DNA of 64,000 bases from Omnitrophica WOR_2 bacterium RIFOXYA2_FULL_38_17 (GTDB taxonomy: Bacteria > Omnitrophota > Gorgyraeia > Zapsychrales > Zapsychraceae): assembly GCA_001805965.1 (NCBI GenBank), contig MHHG01000006.1, positions 3,741-67,740 on the forward strand. The letters run 5' to 3'. A program made the translations under genes and the position numbers. Numbering within the stretch: the first letter of the stretch is position 1; the number at the start of each line of letters is the position of its first letter. Below, one piece after another: positions 8,795 to 17,554 of the stretch. Below the pieces are notes generated by a model that had not been told where the DNA came from, searched no databases, and was given only the letters and a program-made list of their open reading frames with translations.

Positions 8795-11491
8795 ATGGAC
8801 AAGAAATATGTTTATTTCTTCGGAGGCGGGCAGTCCGAAGGTAAAGCATCAATGAAAGATCTCTTAGGGGGAAAGGGCGCTAATTTGGCGGAGATGGCTA
8901 GCATTGGCGTTCCGGTACCTCCGGGTTTTACAATCACAACTGAAGTCTGTGAATATTACTACGCAAACGGACTAAAATATCCTGAAGGATTGGATGCTGA
9001 AATTGATCTGAATATCACAAAGCTTGAACAGACAATGGGCGCTCAGCTAGGTGGCAAGGAGAACCCTCTTTTAGTATCTGTTAGAAGCGGCGCGGCAGTC
9101 TCTATGCCGGGTATGATGGATACAGTTCTTAACCTGGGTATCAATGATGAGGCAGTAGTTGCACTTGCTAAGAAGACAAATAATGAAAGAATGGCTTGGG
9201 ATTCATACAGAAGATTCATCAATATGTTCGGGGATGTTTGTATGGGTGTTGACCATCATGATTTTGAAAAAGAATTAACAAGAATTAAGAAAAAATACAA
9301 GAGGAACTTGGATACAGATTTAACTGCCAACGAATTAAAAGAAGTTGTTGACGCTTATAAGGCTGTATATAAGAAACAAATTGGCAAAGGGTTCCCTACC
9401 AATGCACGTGAACAATTAACACATGCTATTAATGCTGTTGTTAAATCTTGGAATATTCCCAGAGCTGTTACTTACAGAAGAATCAATAAAATGGTCGGAT
9501 ACAAAGGAACAGCTGTTAATGTGCAGGCAATGGCTTTTGGCAACATGGGAGATAGTTCCGGAACAGGTGTTGCTTTTACAAGAAATCCCGCAAATGGAGA
9601 TAATGAGTTTTATGGTGAGTATCTGATCAATGCGCAAGGTGAAGATGTTGTTGCAGGGATCAGGACGCCAGACCCTATTTCCACATTGAAGAAGAAAATG
9701 CCTGATATTTACAAGGAGCTTGATGATATTCGCCTTAAGCTAGAACAGCATTACAGAAATATGCAGGATGTTGAGTTTACCATTCAGGAAGGAAAGCTTT
9801 TTATGCTTCAAACAAGAAATGGTAAGCGTACAGGTTTGGCTGCAGTTAAGATCGCAGTTGATATGGTTCAGTCAAAAATGATCACGCCTCAAGAAGGATT
9901 GATGAGAATTGACGGAGACCAGTTAAACCAGCTTCTTTTCCCTATATTTGACCTTAAAGTTAAAGCTGCTGCAATTGCAAAAAAGCAATGTGTTGCTAAA
10001 GGCTTGCCAGCAGGGCCTGGTGCGGCAAGCGGGCAAGTTGTTTTTACAGCTGATGATGCTGTGAAATGGGCTGGAAAAGGTAAGAAAGTTATTTTGGTTA
10101 GGCAAGACACCTCTCCTGAGGATGTTAGCGGTATGTGGGCAGCTGAAGCTATCCTTACATCAACAGGTGGGATGACATCACATGCAGCTGTTGTTGCACG
10201 TGGCTGGGGCAAATGTTGTGTTGCAGGTTGCGGCGCACTCGACATCTCTTGTAGTAGTAAAACTATCAAAGTTGACGGAAGAACGATCAAAGAAGGTGAT
10301 TTTATATCTATTGACGGTACGACAGGCGAAGTTATTTTAGGCAGTATTCAAACTTCAGCATCTCCTGTAGTTTCTGGCATTGTTGACGGCAATAAAACTG
10401 CTCTGAAGCATCCTATTTGTAAAATGTTCTTGGAGGTTATGAAATGGGCTGACGCAGAGCGCAAGATAAATGTAAGAACGAACGCTGATTCTCCTAAAGA
10501 TGCTGCATGTGCACGTGCTTTTGGGGCAGAAGGCATTGGGCTTACGCGTACAGAGCATATGTTCTTTGAAGGAGATAGAATATGGGCTATTCGTGAGATG
10601 ATCCTTGCTAGTGATTTAGCTGGACGTGAAGCAGCTCTAAAGAAATTGCTTCCTTATCAAAGAAAAGACTTTGAAGGCATCTTTAAGGCTATGAATGGAT
10701 TCCCTGTAACTATTCGCTTACTTGATCCACCGTTACATGAGTTCTTGCCACATGATGCAGCAGGTCAAAAAGAGATGGCAAAGCGATTGAATACTACTCC
10801 TGCAAAGGTTAAGGCTAAAGTTGATTCTCTTCATGAATTCAATCCTATGTTAGGCCATAGGGGCTGCCGTCTTTCAATTACATTTCCTGAGATCTGTAAA
10901 ATGCAGACACGGGCGATAATTGAAGCTGCATGTAATGTTGCCAGCAAAGATGTAAAAGTTCTGCCTGAGATCATGATCCCTTTGATCGGAACAAAAGAGG
11001 AATATGATATTCTTGAAGTAATTGTGCGTGAAACAGCAGATGCGATTATCAAAGCCAAGCAATCAAAAATAAAATACATGGTTGGTACTATGATGGAAAT
11101 TCCTCGCGCAACATTAGTAGCTGATAAAGTTGCTGAAAAAGCGGAATTTTTCTCATTTGGTACTAATGACCTTACTCAAATGACATTGGGTTTTAGCCGT
11201 GATGATATCGGGACATTCTTGCCAGATTACATAGAAAAAAAGATCTTCATGGATGATCCTTTTGCGTCTATTGATCAAACAGGTGTCGGCGAGCTTGTCA
11301 AGATCGGTGTTGAGAGAGGAAGAGCAACACGTCCAAATCTTAAAATAGGTGTTTGCGGTGAGCACGGTGGCGATCCTGCATCGGTTAAGTTCTTTGCACG
11401 GGTTGGATTGAACTATGTCAGCTGTTCACCTTTTAGAGTTCCCATTGCAAGATTGGCTGCTGCCCAAGCTGCTTTGGAACAAAAGAAATAA
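8795..11491 (+). CDS. ppdK: pyruvate, phosphate dikinase
   Basis: 898 aa. N-terminal ATP-grasp region, central phospho-His domain (GGMTSHAAVVARGWG) and C-terminal PEP-utilizing TIM barrel (RLSITFPE, GTNDLTQ). Confidence 0.95.
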   Translation: MDKKYVYFFGGGQSEGKASMKDLLGGKGANLAEMASIGVPVPPGFTITTEVCEYYYANGLKYPEGLDAEIDLNITKLEQTMGAQLGGKENPLLVSVRSGAAVSMPGMMDTVLNLGINDEAVVALAKKTNNERMAWDSYRRFINMFGDVCMGVDHHDFEKELTRIKKKYKRNLDTDLTANELKEVVDAYKAVYKKQIGKGFPTNAREQLTHAINAVVKSWNIPRAVTYRRINKMVGYKGTAVNVQAMAFGNMGDSSGTGVAFTRNPANGDNEFYGEYLINAQGEDVVAGIRTPDPISTLKKKMPDIYKELDDIRLKLEQHYRNMQDVEFTIQEGKLFMLQTRNGKRTGLAAVKIAVDMVQSKMITPQEGLMRIDGDQLNQLLFPIFDLKVKAAAIAKKQCVAKGLPAGPGAASGQVVFTADDAVKWAGKGKKVILVRQDTSPEDVSGMWAAEAILTSTGGMTSHAAVVARGWGKCCVAGCGALDISCSSKTIKVDGRTIKEGDFISIDGTTGEVILGSIQTSASPVVSGIVDGNKTALKHPICKMFLEVMKWADAERKINVRTNADSPKDAACARAFGAEGIGLTRTEHMFFEGDRIWAIREMILASDLAGREAALKKLLPYQRKDFEGIFKAMNGFPVTIRLLDPPLHEFLPHDAAGQKEMAKRLNTTPAKVKAKVDSLHEFNPMLGHRGCRLSITFPEICKMQTRAIIEAACNVASKDVKVLPEIMIPLIGTKEEYDILEVIVRETADAIIKAKQSKIKYMVGTMMEIPRATLVADKVAEKAEFFSFGTNDLTQMTLGFSRDDIGTFLPDYIEKKIFMDDPFASIDQTGVGELVKIGVERGRATRPNLKIGVCGEHGGDPASVKFFARVGLNYVSCSPFRVPIARLAAAQAALEQKK

Positions 11492-11544
11492 AATACTAGC
11501 GCTATTAGATGGTTCAGTGCTAGACTACTAATTCGAAAAACAAT

Positions 11545-11610
11545 CCTAGATCCTGATCTTGAAGTTTGAGTACGGGTAAAAGATCTGGATTTTGAGATCA
11601 GGATTTAGGA
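11545..11610. promoter_or_regulatory. operator-like repeat set upstream of the sigma factor gene: 16-bp inverted repeat (1 mismatch) plus a third copy of the half-site agatc[at]ggat
   Basis: Read directly from the sequence. tcctagatcctgatct at 11545-11560 pairs with agatcaggatttagga at 11595-11610. An extra half-site agatctggat lies at 11581-11590. The set is 30 nt upstream of the sigma-factor start. The nearby T-run is weak, so this is not a convincing intrinsic terminator. Confidence 0.4.
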
Positions 11611-11640
11611 TAAATTTTAGATACCACATTACTCTATATT

Positions 11641-12462
11641 ATGGATCCAATAAAGGCATACCTAAAAGATATTAGACCGATTCCGCTTTTAACAGCTGAA
11701 GAGGAAATTGATTTATCGAAGAAAATCCAAAAGGGTGACATGGAAGCACGCGAGAAAATGATACGTTCGAATCTGCGTTTGGTTATCAGTATCGCAAAGA
11801 GGTATGTTAACCTTGGAGTTCCTTTAAGCGATCTCATTGAAGAGGGAAATATTGGCTTGATGCGTAGTGTTGAAAAATTCGATCCCGCGAAAGGCTTTCG
11901 TTTTTCAACATATGCGGCATGGTGGATAAGGCAAGGGATTTCACGCGCAGTTATTGATCAGGGGAAAATGATAAGAGTTCCGGTTTACATGAATGAAGAG
12001 ATCTTTAAGTATAAAAAGGCAATAGAGCATCTGACGCATAAGCTTAATAGAAGGCCGATTGCTAGTGAAATAGCGAAGAAGCTGAAAGTTAATGTTGATA
12101 GGATTAGAGAGCTAGAGAACTCAATAGCAAAAATATCAAGCCTTGATGCACCTATTGGTGAGGATGGCGATGGTATGGTAAAAGATATTATTGAAGATGA
12201 TAATATAATTGGCGCTGATGAGCAGCTAGAAACCTTTTTTGCAAAAGAACGTACAACCGGCTTTCTTGAAATGCTTAATGAGAGAGAAAGAAAGATAATA
12301 GATCTGCGCTATGGTTTAACTAATGGGAATACTCACACGCTTGCTGAGATAGCTGATGTTTTAGGTGTGTCGCGTGAACGAGTTCGTCAGATTGAAGCTG
12401 CAACAATAAAGAAGATAAAAGCTATCATTGAGCAGAAAAATAGCGAAATGAGTGAAGAATAG
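11641..12462 (+). CDS. RNA polymerase sigma factor, sigma-70 (RpoD/RpoS-like) family, short form with regions 2-4 only
   Basis: Region 2 ([19 protein letters not shown]; [17 protein letters not shown]). Region 4 HTH ([27 protein letters not shown]). 273 aa with no region 1.1. Confidence 0.85.
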   Translation: MDPIKAYLKDIRPIPLLTAEEEIDLSKKIQKGDMEAREKMIRSNLRLVISIAKRYVNLGVPLSDLIEEGNIGLMRSVEKFDPAKGFRFSTYAAWWIRQGISRAVIDQGKMIRVPVYMNEEIFKYKKAIEHLTHKLNRRPIASEIAKKLKVNVDRIRELENSIAKISSLDAPIGEDGDGMVKDIIEDDNIIGADEQLETFFAKERTTGFLEMLNERERKIIDLRYGLTNGNTHTLAEIADVLGVSRERVRQIEAATIKKIKAIIEQKNSEMSEE

Positions 12463-12471
12463 TTTTTCCTG

Positions 12472-12529
12472 GGGCATGCACCTATTTATTAAAAAAATTT
12501 GTTTAATAGGTGTGTGCCCTCTTGATTTT
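12472..12529 (+). terminator. candidate intrinsic terminator after the sigma factor gene
   Basis: Imperfect 15-bp stem (gggcatgcacctatt / aataggtgtgtgccc, 2-nt internal mismatch) with an A/T-rich loop, followed by a T-rich tract. It starts 10 nt after the stop codon. Confidence 0.4.
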
Positions 12530-12558
12530 AAAGCTAATTAATTAAAAGGAGAGATGAT

Positions 12559-13080
12559 ATGGATAAAAATGATTTGAAAAAAATTATAAGAGATATTCCA
12601 GATTTTCCCAAAAAAGGAATTATTTTTAAAGATATCACTACTTTGTTGAAGGACAAAGACGCTCTTAGGGTGGCTATAGATGCTCTAGCTGAAAAATATA
12701 AAGGGCAAGAAATAGACGCTGTTATAGGTATTGAAGCCCGCGGTTTTATTTTTGGCACGGCTTTAGCCTATAAGTTAGGCACTGGATTTATACCTGTTCG
12801 AAAAAAAGGCAAGTTGCCGTATAAGACAAAAAAAGTGACTTATGATCTTGAGTATGGCACAGATACTTTAGAGATTCATGAAGATGCTTTATCTAAAGAT
12901 TCTAAGGTTTTAATAGTTGACGATTTATTGGCTACCGGAGGTACGGTAAGTGCTGTTGCAAAATTAGTTAAAGGTCAGGGAGCTTCTATTGTTGGAGTGG
13001 CATTTTTAGTTGAGCTTGGTTTTTTAAATGGAAGAGAGAAATTAGGAAAACTTCCAGTTCATTCGATCATTACTTATTAG
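12559..13080 (+). CDS. apt: adenine phosphoribosyltransferase
   Basis: 173 aa. PRPP-binding motif ([13 protein letters not shown]). Typical Apt N-terminus. Confidence 0.9.
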   Translation: MDKNDLKKIIRDIPDFPKKGIIFKDITTLLKDKDALRVAIDALAEKYKGQEIDAVIGIEARGFIFGTALAYKLGTGFIPVRKKGKLPYKTKKVTYDLEYGTDTLEIHEDALSKDSKVLIVDDLLATGGTVSAVAKLVKGQGASIVGVAFLVELGFLNGREKLGKLPVHSIITY

Positions 13081-13118
13081 GCTGATTTAGTAAAAGACTG
13101 GCCAGTTTGAATAAATTT

Positions 13119-13192
13119 GCGCCTGTAACTCAGATGGACAGAGTGCGTCCCTCCTAAGGACGAAGTCGGAGGTTCGAATCCGCCCAGGCGCA
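13119..13192 (+). tRNA. tRNA-Arg (anticodon CCT)
   Basis: Cloverleaf read by hand: acceptor GCGCCTG/CAGGCGC, anticodon stem CGTCC/GGACG with loop CTCCTAA, T-arm GGAGG-TTCGAAT-CCGCC, discriminator A. No encoded CCA. Confidence 0.85.
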
Positions 13193-13197
13193 TTAAA

Positions 13198-13230
13198 AAG
13201 AATTCCCTTTTTAGGGAATTCTTTTTTTTT
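13198..13230 (+). terminator. rho-independent terminator downstream of tRNA-Arg
   Basis: Perfect 10-bp stem (aagaattccc / gggaattctt) with a 6-nt loop, followed by T7+. Confidence 0.8.
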
Positions 13231-13593
13231 GTAAGCGAAGGCAATTTATCAGAAAAAAATCCGCATGTTTAGCAGAAACAATAAGGCTTTTCAATTATCT
13301 TAATATCTTTAATCGTAATAATCTAAAAATTAAATTAAACAAAAGGGAAGAAGACATAAATAAGTTCTAGTTTGTTTAATTAGTTTGTTTTAATTTGTGC
13401 CTGCTGGTAAGAGGGCAACAAGAGATTCGTATGTGCCGACGGTAAACAATGTTTTAAAATATAAAAATAAATGAAATTGTGTTTTGAATAAATCCAATGT
13501 TTGGTATGATTAAATAGCATCCAAAAAAAATACTGATCAACGTTATAGTGTATACAGTTTATTACTCCATTAAAAATTTCATTAAAAAGAACA

Positions 13594-14196
13594 ATGAACA
13601 GAGAAGAAATTTACGACCATCTCGCTCAGGTATATTTGGGCAAAAGAAAAGAAGTTGATGTTAAGAAAAAGCGTCAAAAAAACGCATGGTTGCTTGTGAA
13701 CATTTTCATTTCCGTATTAATATTTACTAGTGCAATTTGGGGGTTTACGGCTTTTTTAACGCAGAGGGGAACATCTCTTCAGAGTAATGTGATTTTTTCA
13801 TTAAATCGCGGACCAATAAGTGTTGATTATAATTTCAAAGATACATTTTCTCCTGAAAAAACATTTTCTTTGGTTGTTCCAGACATGGATGTTTCGAAAT
13901 ATCAGGCTATTGAGTTTTCAATTAGAGGTAAAGAAGAGGGTACTCCTGGAGTAGTTAAAATTGTTATTGCTAATGAAAAGAATGAGACTGCCTCATATTA
14001 TGTTCAAGGCGTGAATCTGAAGTGGCAGGATATTAATATTCCTTTGAGTGAATTTAAGCAGATTACTGATTGGTCAAGCTTGACAGATATTTCTTTTGTT
14101 TTAGAGGTTTGGAATGTTGATGATAAAAAGGGAATTATTCTTATAGAAGATGTTCGTTTTTCAGGTGCTTATGATGCGAGTGCTTCAAAGGTATAG
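13594..14196 (+). CDS. hypothetical single-pass membrane protein with basic cytoplasmic N-tail and extracytoplasmic beta-rich (possibly CBM-like) domain
   Basis: One TM helix at about aa 31-55, preceded by a Lys/Arg-rich tail (KRKEVDVKKKRQKN). The C-terminal 140 aa has an alternating beta pattern. The gene lies 42 nt upstream of the ParA-CBM48 gene. Confidence 0.45.
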   Translation: MNREEIYDHLAQVYLGKRKEVDVKKKRQKNAWLLVNIFISVLIFTSAIWGFTAFLTQRGTSLQSNVIFSLNRGPISVDYNFKDTFSPEKTFSLVVPDMDVSKYQAIEFSIRGKEEGTPGVVKIVIANEKNETASYYVQGVNLKWQDINIPLSEFKQITDWSSLTDISFVLEVWNVDDKKGIILIEDVRFSGAYDASASKV

Positions 14197-14237
14197 AAGA
14201 AAACAAGCTTTTGGGTAGAGAAAGGGGATAAAAAAGC

Positions 14238-15368
14238 ATGAAGATTATTTCAATTGCCAATCAAAAAGGGGGATGTGGGAAAACTACTACAGCTATTAAT
14301 TTAGCTTCTGCGCTCGGAGTGAATGGCAAAAAAGTACTGTTAATTGATCTGGACCCGCAAGCACATGCTACTCTAGGATTGAACGTTGAAAGTCAGGATA
14401 GCATATATAATGTTATATCAAAATTGACCCCCAGAAAATTAAAGATTGAAGATATTATAAAGCCAGTTGAGGATAATTTTGATATAGTTCCTTCAAATAT
14501 TCTAGTTGGGACCCTTGAACAAGAATTATCTGATGAAATTGGTAGAGAGCTTAAGTTATATGAGGTCGTATCTGGTATTAGGAAAAAATATGACTATATT
14601 CTGATCGACTGTCCTCCAAGTTTAGGTATTCTCACTGTAAACTCGATCCGGGTCAGCGATGAAGTAATGGTTCCTGTTGAAACAAGCAGATTCTCTATGC
14701 AGGGCGTGGACCATATTATGGATATTATTAATTTGATCAGAGAGCGTTTATACCATCAAGTCAAATGTAAGATTCTAATTACTATGTTTGATTCAAGATT
14801 AAGGCATTCATTTTCAATGTTAGGCGCTTTTAAAGAGAAATTTGGCACACTGCTTTACGATACTATTATTCATGTGAATGTCAAATTAAAAGAATCAGTC
14901 GTTATTGGTAAGACAGTAGCAGCTTTTGATAAATATTGTCGAGGTTCAAAGGATTATAATTCTTTAAGTAAGGAAATTATTTTCTTGGATAGTCAGAATG
15001 AGGAAGAACAGGAGCTGGCTCAAGAGAGGTCAGTTTTCAGGCCTTTATCTAATAAGATGAAAGAGACAGTAAAAGCTGAAGCTAAGCAGTTCTATGTTAC
15101 CAGGTTTGCTATTGAAGCGCCTGAAGCAAGAACAGTATATGTAACTGGAAGTTTTAATGATTGGTCATTAAATGATACCTGTCGTTTGAATTCAGTGAAT
15201 GGAAATTGGTTTGTAGATATCCCTTTGAAGCCTGGTGTTTATGAATATCAGTTTATTGTTGATGGGGTTTGGAAGGAAGATCCAGCTAATTGCAGAAAAG
15301 AAAGAAACCCATATGGTGATGATAATTCACTAATTGAGGTTACTGCTGATCAGGCTATAAATGTTTAA
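14238..15368 (+). CDS. ParA/MinD-family (deviant Walker A) ATPase fused to a C-terminal CBM48/AMPK-beta-type glycogen-binding domain
   Basis: N-terminal KGGCGKTT deviant Walker A and a full ParA/Soj-like fold (about 250 aa). C-terminal about 85 aa (VYVTGSFNDWSLNDTCRLNSVNGNWFVDIPLKPGVYEYQFIVDGVWKEDP) aligns residue-by-residue with the AMPK beta glycogen-binding domain, including the conserved Trp residues. Confidence 0.8.
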   Translation: MKIISIANQKGGCGKTTTAINLASALGVNGKKVLLIDLDPQAHATLGLNVESQDSIYNVISKLTPRKLKIEDIIKPVEDNFDIVPSNILVGTLEQELSDEIGRELKLYEVVSGIRKKYDYILIDCPPSLGILTVNSIRVSDEVMVPVETSRFSMQGVDHIMDIINLIRERLYHQVKCKILITMFDSRLRHSFSMLGAFKEKFGTLLYDTIIHVNVKLKESVVIGKTVAAFDKYCRGSKDYNSLSKEIIFLDSQNEEEQELAQERSVFRPLSNKMKETVKAEAKQFYVTRFAIEAPEARTVYVTGSFNDWSLNDTCRLNSVNGNWFVDIPLKPGVYEYQFIVDGVWKEDPANCRKERNPYGDDNSLIEVTADQAINV

Positions 15369-15404
15369 CAATTAAATTAGTGAATTGATTATTTCCAATA
15401 TAAT

Positions 15405-15728
15405 ATGAGCAAAAGAATTTCAAATGACGACCCTCAAGTAGTTGATGGTAAAATCTTCGCAGTACTGTCCTACCTTTCTATACTTTGTATAATCCCATTA
15501 ATCCTAAAAAAAGATAATGAATTTGTTCTCAAGCATGGAAAACAAGGGCTTGTCATATTTGTTTCAGAGGTTGCTGTTTTTATTCTCAGCATTGTTTTTC
15601 CATGGATATTTAAATTCGGCATGTTTCTTTTGCTAATAATGTCTTTTATAGGTATTGTTGCTGTTCTAGAAGGGAAATATACAAGGCTTCCTTTTGTTGC
15701 AGATATAGCAGATTCAATTGTTCTATAG
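15405..15728 (+). CDS. DUF4870-family small membrane protein
   Basis: Signature block SYLSILCIIPLILKKDNEFVLKHGKQGL and three TM helices. A paralog lies at 46234..46680. Confidence 0.55.
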   Translation: MSKRISNDDPQVVDGKIFAVLSYLSILCIIPLILKKDNEFVLKHGKQGLVIFVSEVAVFILSIVFPWIFKFGMFLLLIMSFIGIVAVLEGKYTRLPFVADIADSIVL

Positions 15729-15831
15729 TCTTTTACAGTAGAACAGCCCATATAATCTTAATTAATCTTTTGAACAGTTCTAATGGAATAGCTGTGTTTT
15801 CTTGCGGCTTTTTTGAAAGCTAAGGAATTTT

Positions 15832-16419
15832 ATGGTTTTAGACAGTATTCTTGATGCAATAAAAAATTTATTAACAGGGGGTAATTCTAAAAGAAAAAGA
15901 ATTTCTCGCAAAGTAATTAAGAAAAAGCCAAATAGTAATAAACCGTCCTTGCCAAAAAAAAATCCTAAAAAAACACCAAAGAATAAGTCTGCGGTAAAAA
16001 AGAAAACTATTATCAAGAAAAAGAAAGTTGTTGTTAACCGCTCTAAGCCTGAATTGCGAAAGAAGCCTGTTGCAAAGAAAACGTCTCCCGTAAAATTAAG
16101 AAATAAGCCGAAGGTATCTAAGAAGGTAGTAAAAAGTAAAACAGCTATAGAAGAAGCGAAAGGAGAGTTAGTTGGAGAGATCACCCATTTTTTTTCCCGT
16201 ATAAGTGTTATCGTGGTGAAAATAGTTTATGGAAAGCTGTCGGTTGGTGATGAGATAAGGATAAAAGGTAAAGTAACAAACTTTGTGCAAAAGGTTGATT
16301 CACTGCAATTAGAAAGCATTGATGTTAAGGTTGTAAAGAAGGGGCAGATTGTAGGGTTACAAGTCAAAAAAATAGCTAAGGTGGGAGACAGGGTCTTTAG
16401 GTTAAAAAAATTTAGATAG
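15832..16419 (+). CDS. histone H1/Hc1-like lysine-rich protein fused to a translation-factor domain-II-like beta-barrel
   Basis: Residues about 20-115 are a Lys/Pro/Ser-rich basic low-complexity tail (KKKPNSNKPSLPKKNPKKTPKNK...). The C-terminal about 80 aa (KLSVGDEIRIKGKV...VGLQV...KVGDRVF) resembles the EF-Tu/IF2 domain II beta-barrel. Codon usage supports + strand coding. Confidence 0.5.
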   Translation: MVLDSILDAIKNLLTGGNSKRKRISRKVIKKKPNSNKPSLPKKNPKKTPKNKSAVKKKTIIKKKKVVVNRSKPELRKKPVAKKTSPVKLRNKPKVSKKVVKSKTAIEEAKGELVGEITHFFSRISVIVVKIVYGKLSVGDEIRIKGKVTNFVQKVDSLQLESIDVKVVKKGQIVGLQVKKIAKVGDRVFRLKKFR

Positions 16420-16535
16420 CACATTTCTAGGGAAGGGTTGCTGTACAAACATTATTAGTTATGGTATATTTTGATTAGACTTAGCATAGTGCTAAATTTA
16501 TAATAATTTGATATTAATAGAAGCTGGGAAATAGA

Positions 16536-16778
16536 ATGCTAAAAGTAATAAGAACAAGACAAAAAAGAACATGTCGGTCAGGTCAAAATGCTATTGAATA
16601 TATGCTTGTGCTTTGTATCGTAATAATTTCCCTGCTGGCTATAGCAGGTCCTAAAGGGCCTTTTTTTCGTTCGTTGAATTATACTTTGTTTACTACTCAG
16701 AATGTAATAGAGCAGATGGCCCATAATATTTATTATAATGTTTATGCAGAGCCCGGCACTTTAACGGTAGAGCCTTAA
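16536..16778 (+). CDS. Flp/Fap-family type IVb prepilin-like protein (orphan)
   Basis: Class III signal peptide: basic leader, then SG|QNAIEYMLVLCIVIISLLAIA. This matches the Flp consensus G-xxAIEY followed by a hydrophobic helix. No tad/cpa genes are in the window. Confidence 0.5.
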   Translation: MLKVIRTRQKRTCRSGQNAIEYMLVLCIVIISLLAIAGPKGPFFRSLNYTLFTTQNVIEQMAHNIYYNVYAEPGTLTVEP

Positions 16779-16790
16779 TTTAATAAATCA

Positions 16791-17219
16791 ATGGTACAAA
16801 TTAAAAAAAAAGAAAAAGACCTGACGCGTAGGTATTTAATTTGGTGTTATAAAACAACAAAAGAATCATTGGATAGGATTGAAAGATATTATACTCAAAT
16901 TCCTGTGGATCATTATTTGTTGAAACAATTAAAATGTTCAAAGGATTTCAGAGGATCTAAATCCAATGTGAAGTATAAAGGGTTTGTGAATGATTTTGAG
17001 AAATATATAGATACCAAAAAAAAGAATGTTGATGCTAAGAAATTTACTGATTTGCAATGTAAGACTTTAGACCCGGAATATATGTATCTTAAGGAAAGAT
17101 TTGTTGCAATTGAAAAAGCTATTGTTTATTTTCTTGGCAATAAAGAGCTATCAAAGATAAATAATCTTTATGAGACTGAGATGATCGGGCGAATTTTAAA
17201 TGCTAGGGAACATTCTTAG
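16791..17219 (+). CDS. hypothetical protein (142 aa), no recognisable domain
   Basis: Long ORF, 12 nt after the Flp-like gene. Lys-rich. No motif recognised. Confidence 0.35.
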   Translation: MVQIKKKEKDLTRRYLIWCYKTTKESLDRIERYYTQIPVDHYLLKQLKCSKDFRGSKSNVKYKGFVNDFEKYIDTKKKNVDAKKFTDLQCKTLDPEYMYLKERFVAIEKAIVYFLGNKELSKINNLYETEMIGRILNAREHS

Positions 17220-17317
17220 CGGGTGGAATCTTTGGGCTTTACGCTGTTTCTAGAAAACAAAAAGCTGCCTTATATAAGGCAGCTTTTTTATGAGCTTATA
17301 AGCGACTTGTAATGTTG

Positions 17318-17554
17318 TTATCTGCTATTGAAAGCACGCATTCTATCTTCTCGTTCTTCTTTAAGTTTTTTTTCACGTGCTTTTAGATCTAGGATCTTTT
17401 GTTTTTGTGCGCTAATTTTATTGGCATTATCTGTCTTTTCAATTTTAGGCGTAGAGCTGAAAGACTTTTTAATCAGCTTTATGACGCCAAAAGACAGCGC
17501 ACCAAAAACAACAATTCCAAGAACTAAATAAATTATTCCATCATTATCTTTCAT
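17318..17554 (-). CDS. small single-TM protein with charged coiled-coil tail
   Basis: 78 aa. N-terminal TM (IIYLVLGIVVFGALSFGVI) then a K/E-rich tail. It is the only minus-strand ORF in this stretch. Weak support. Confidence 0.3.
   Translation of the reverse strand: MKDNDGIIYLVLGIVVFGALSFGVIKLIKKSFSSTPKIEKTDNANKISAQKQKILDLKAREKKLKEEREDRMRAFNSR

Noticed and set aside
13196-13593. Possible integrated element or att site next to tRNA-Arg.
   Set aside because: No integrase, excisionase or phage genes, and no direct repeat of the tRNA 3' end that I could find by eye. The nearest recombinase (xerD at 50341) is 37 kb away in a housekeeping context.
14238-15368. ParA as part of a plasmid or chromosome partition locus, or a MinD homolog.
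   Set aside because: No parB or parS-like repeats, no minC/minE, no replication genes nearby. The fused CBM48 domain instead suggests a dedicated cargo-positioning role.
17318-17554. Assigning 17328..17531 (+) instead of 17318..17554 (-) as the real gene.
   Set aside because: The plus-frame translation is Ser/Arg/Phe-rich low complexity. The minus-frame product has a clean TM helix plus a charged tail, so it was kept as a low-confidence call.
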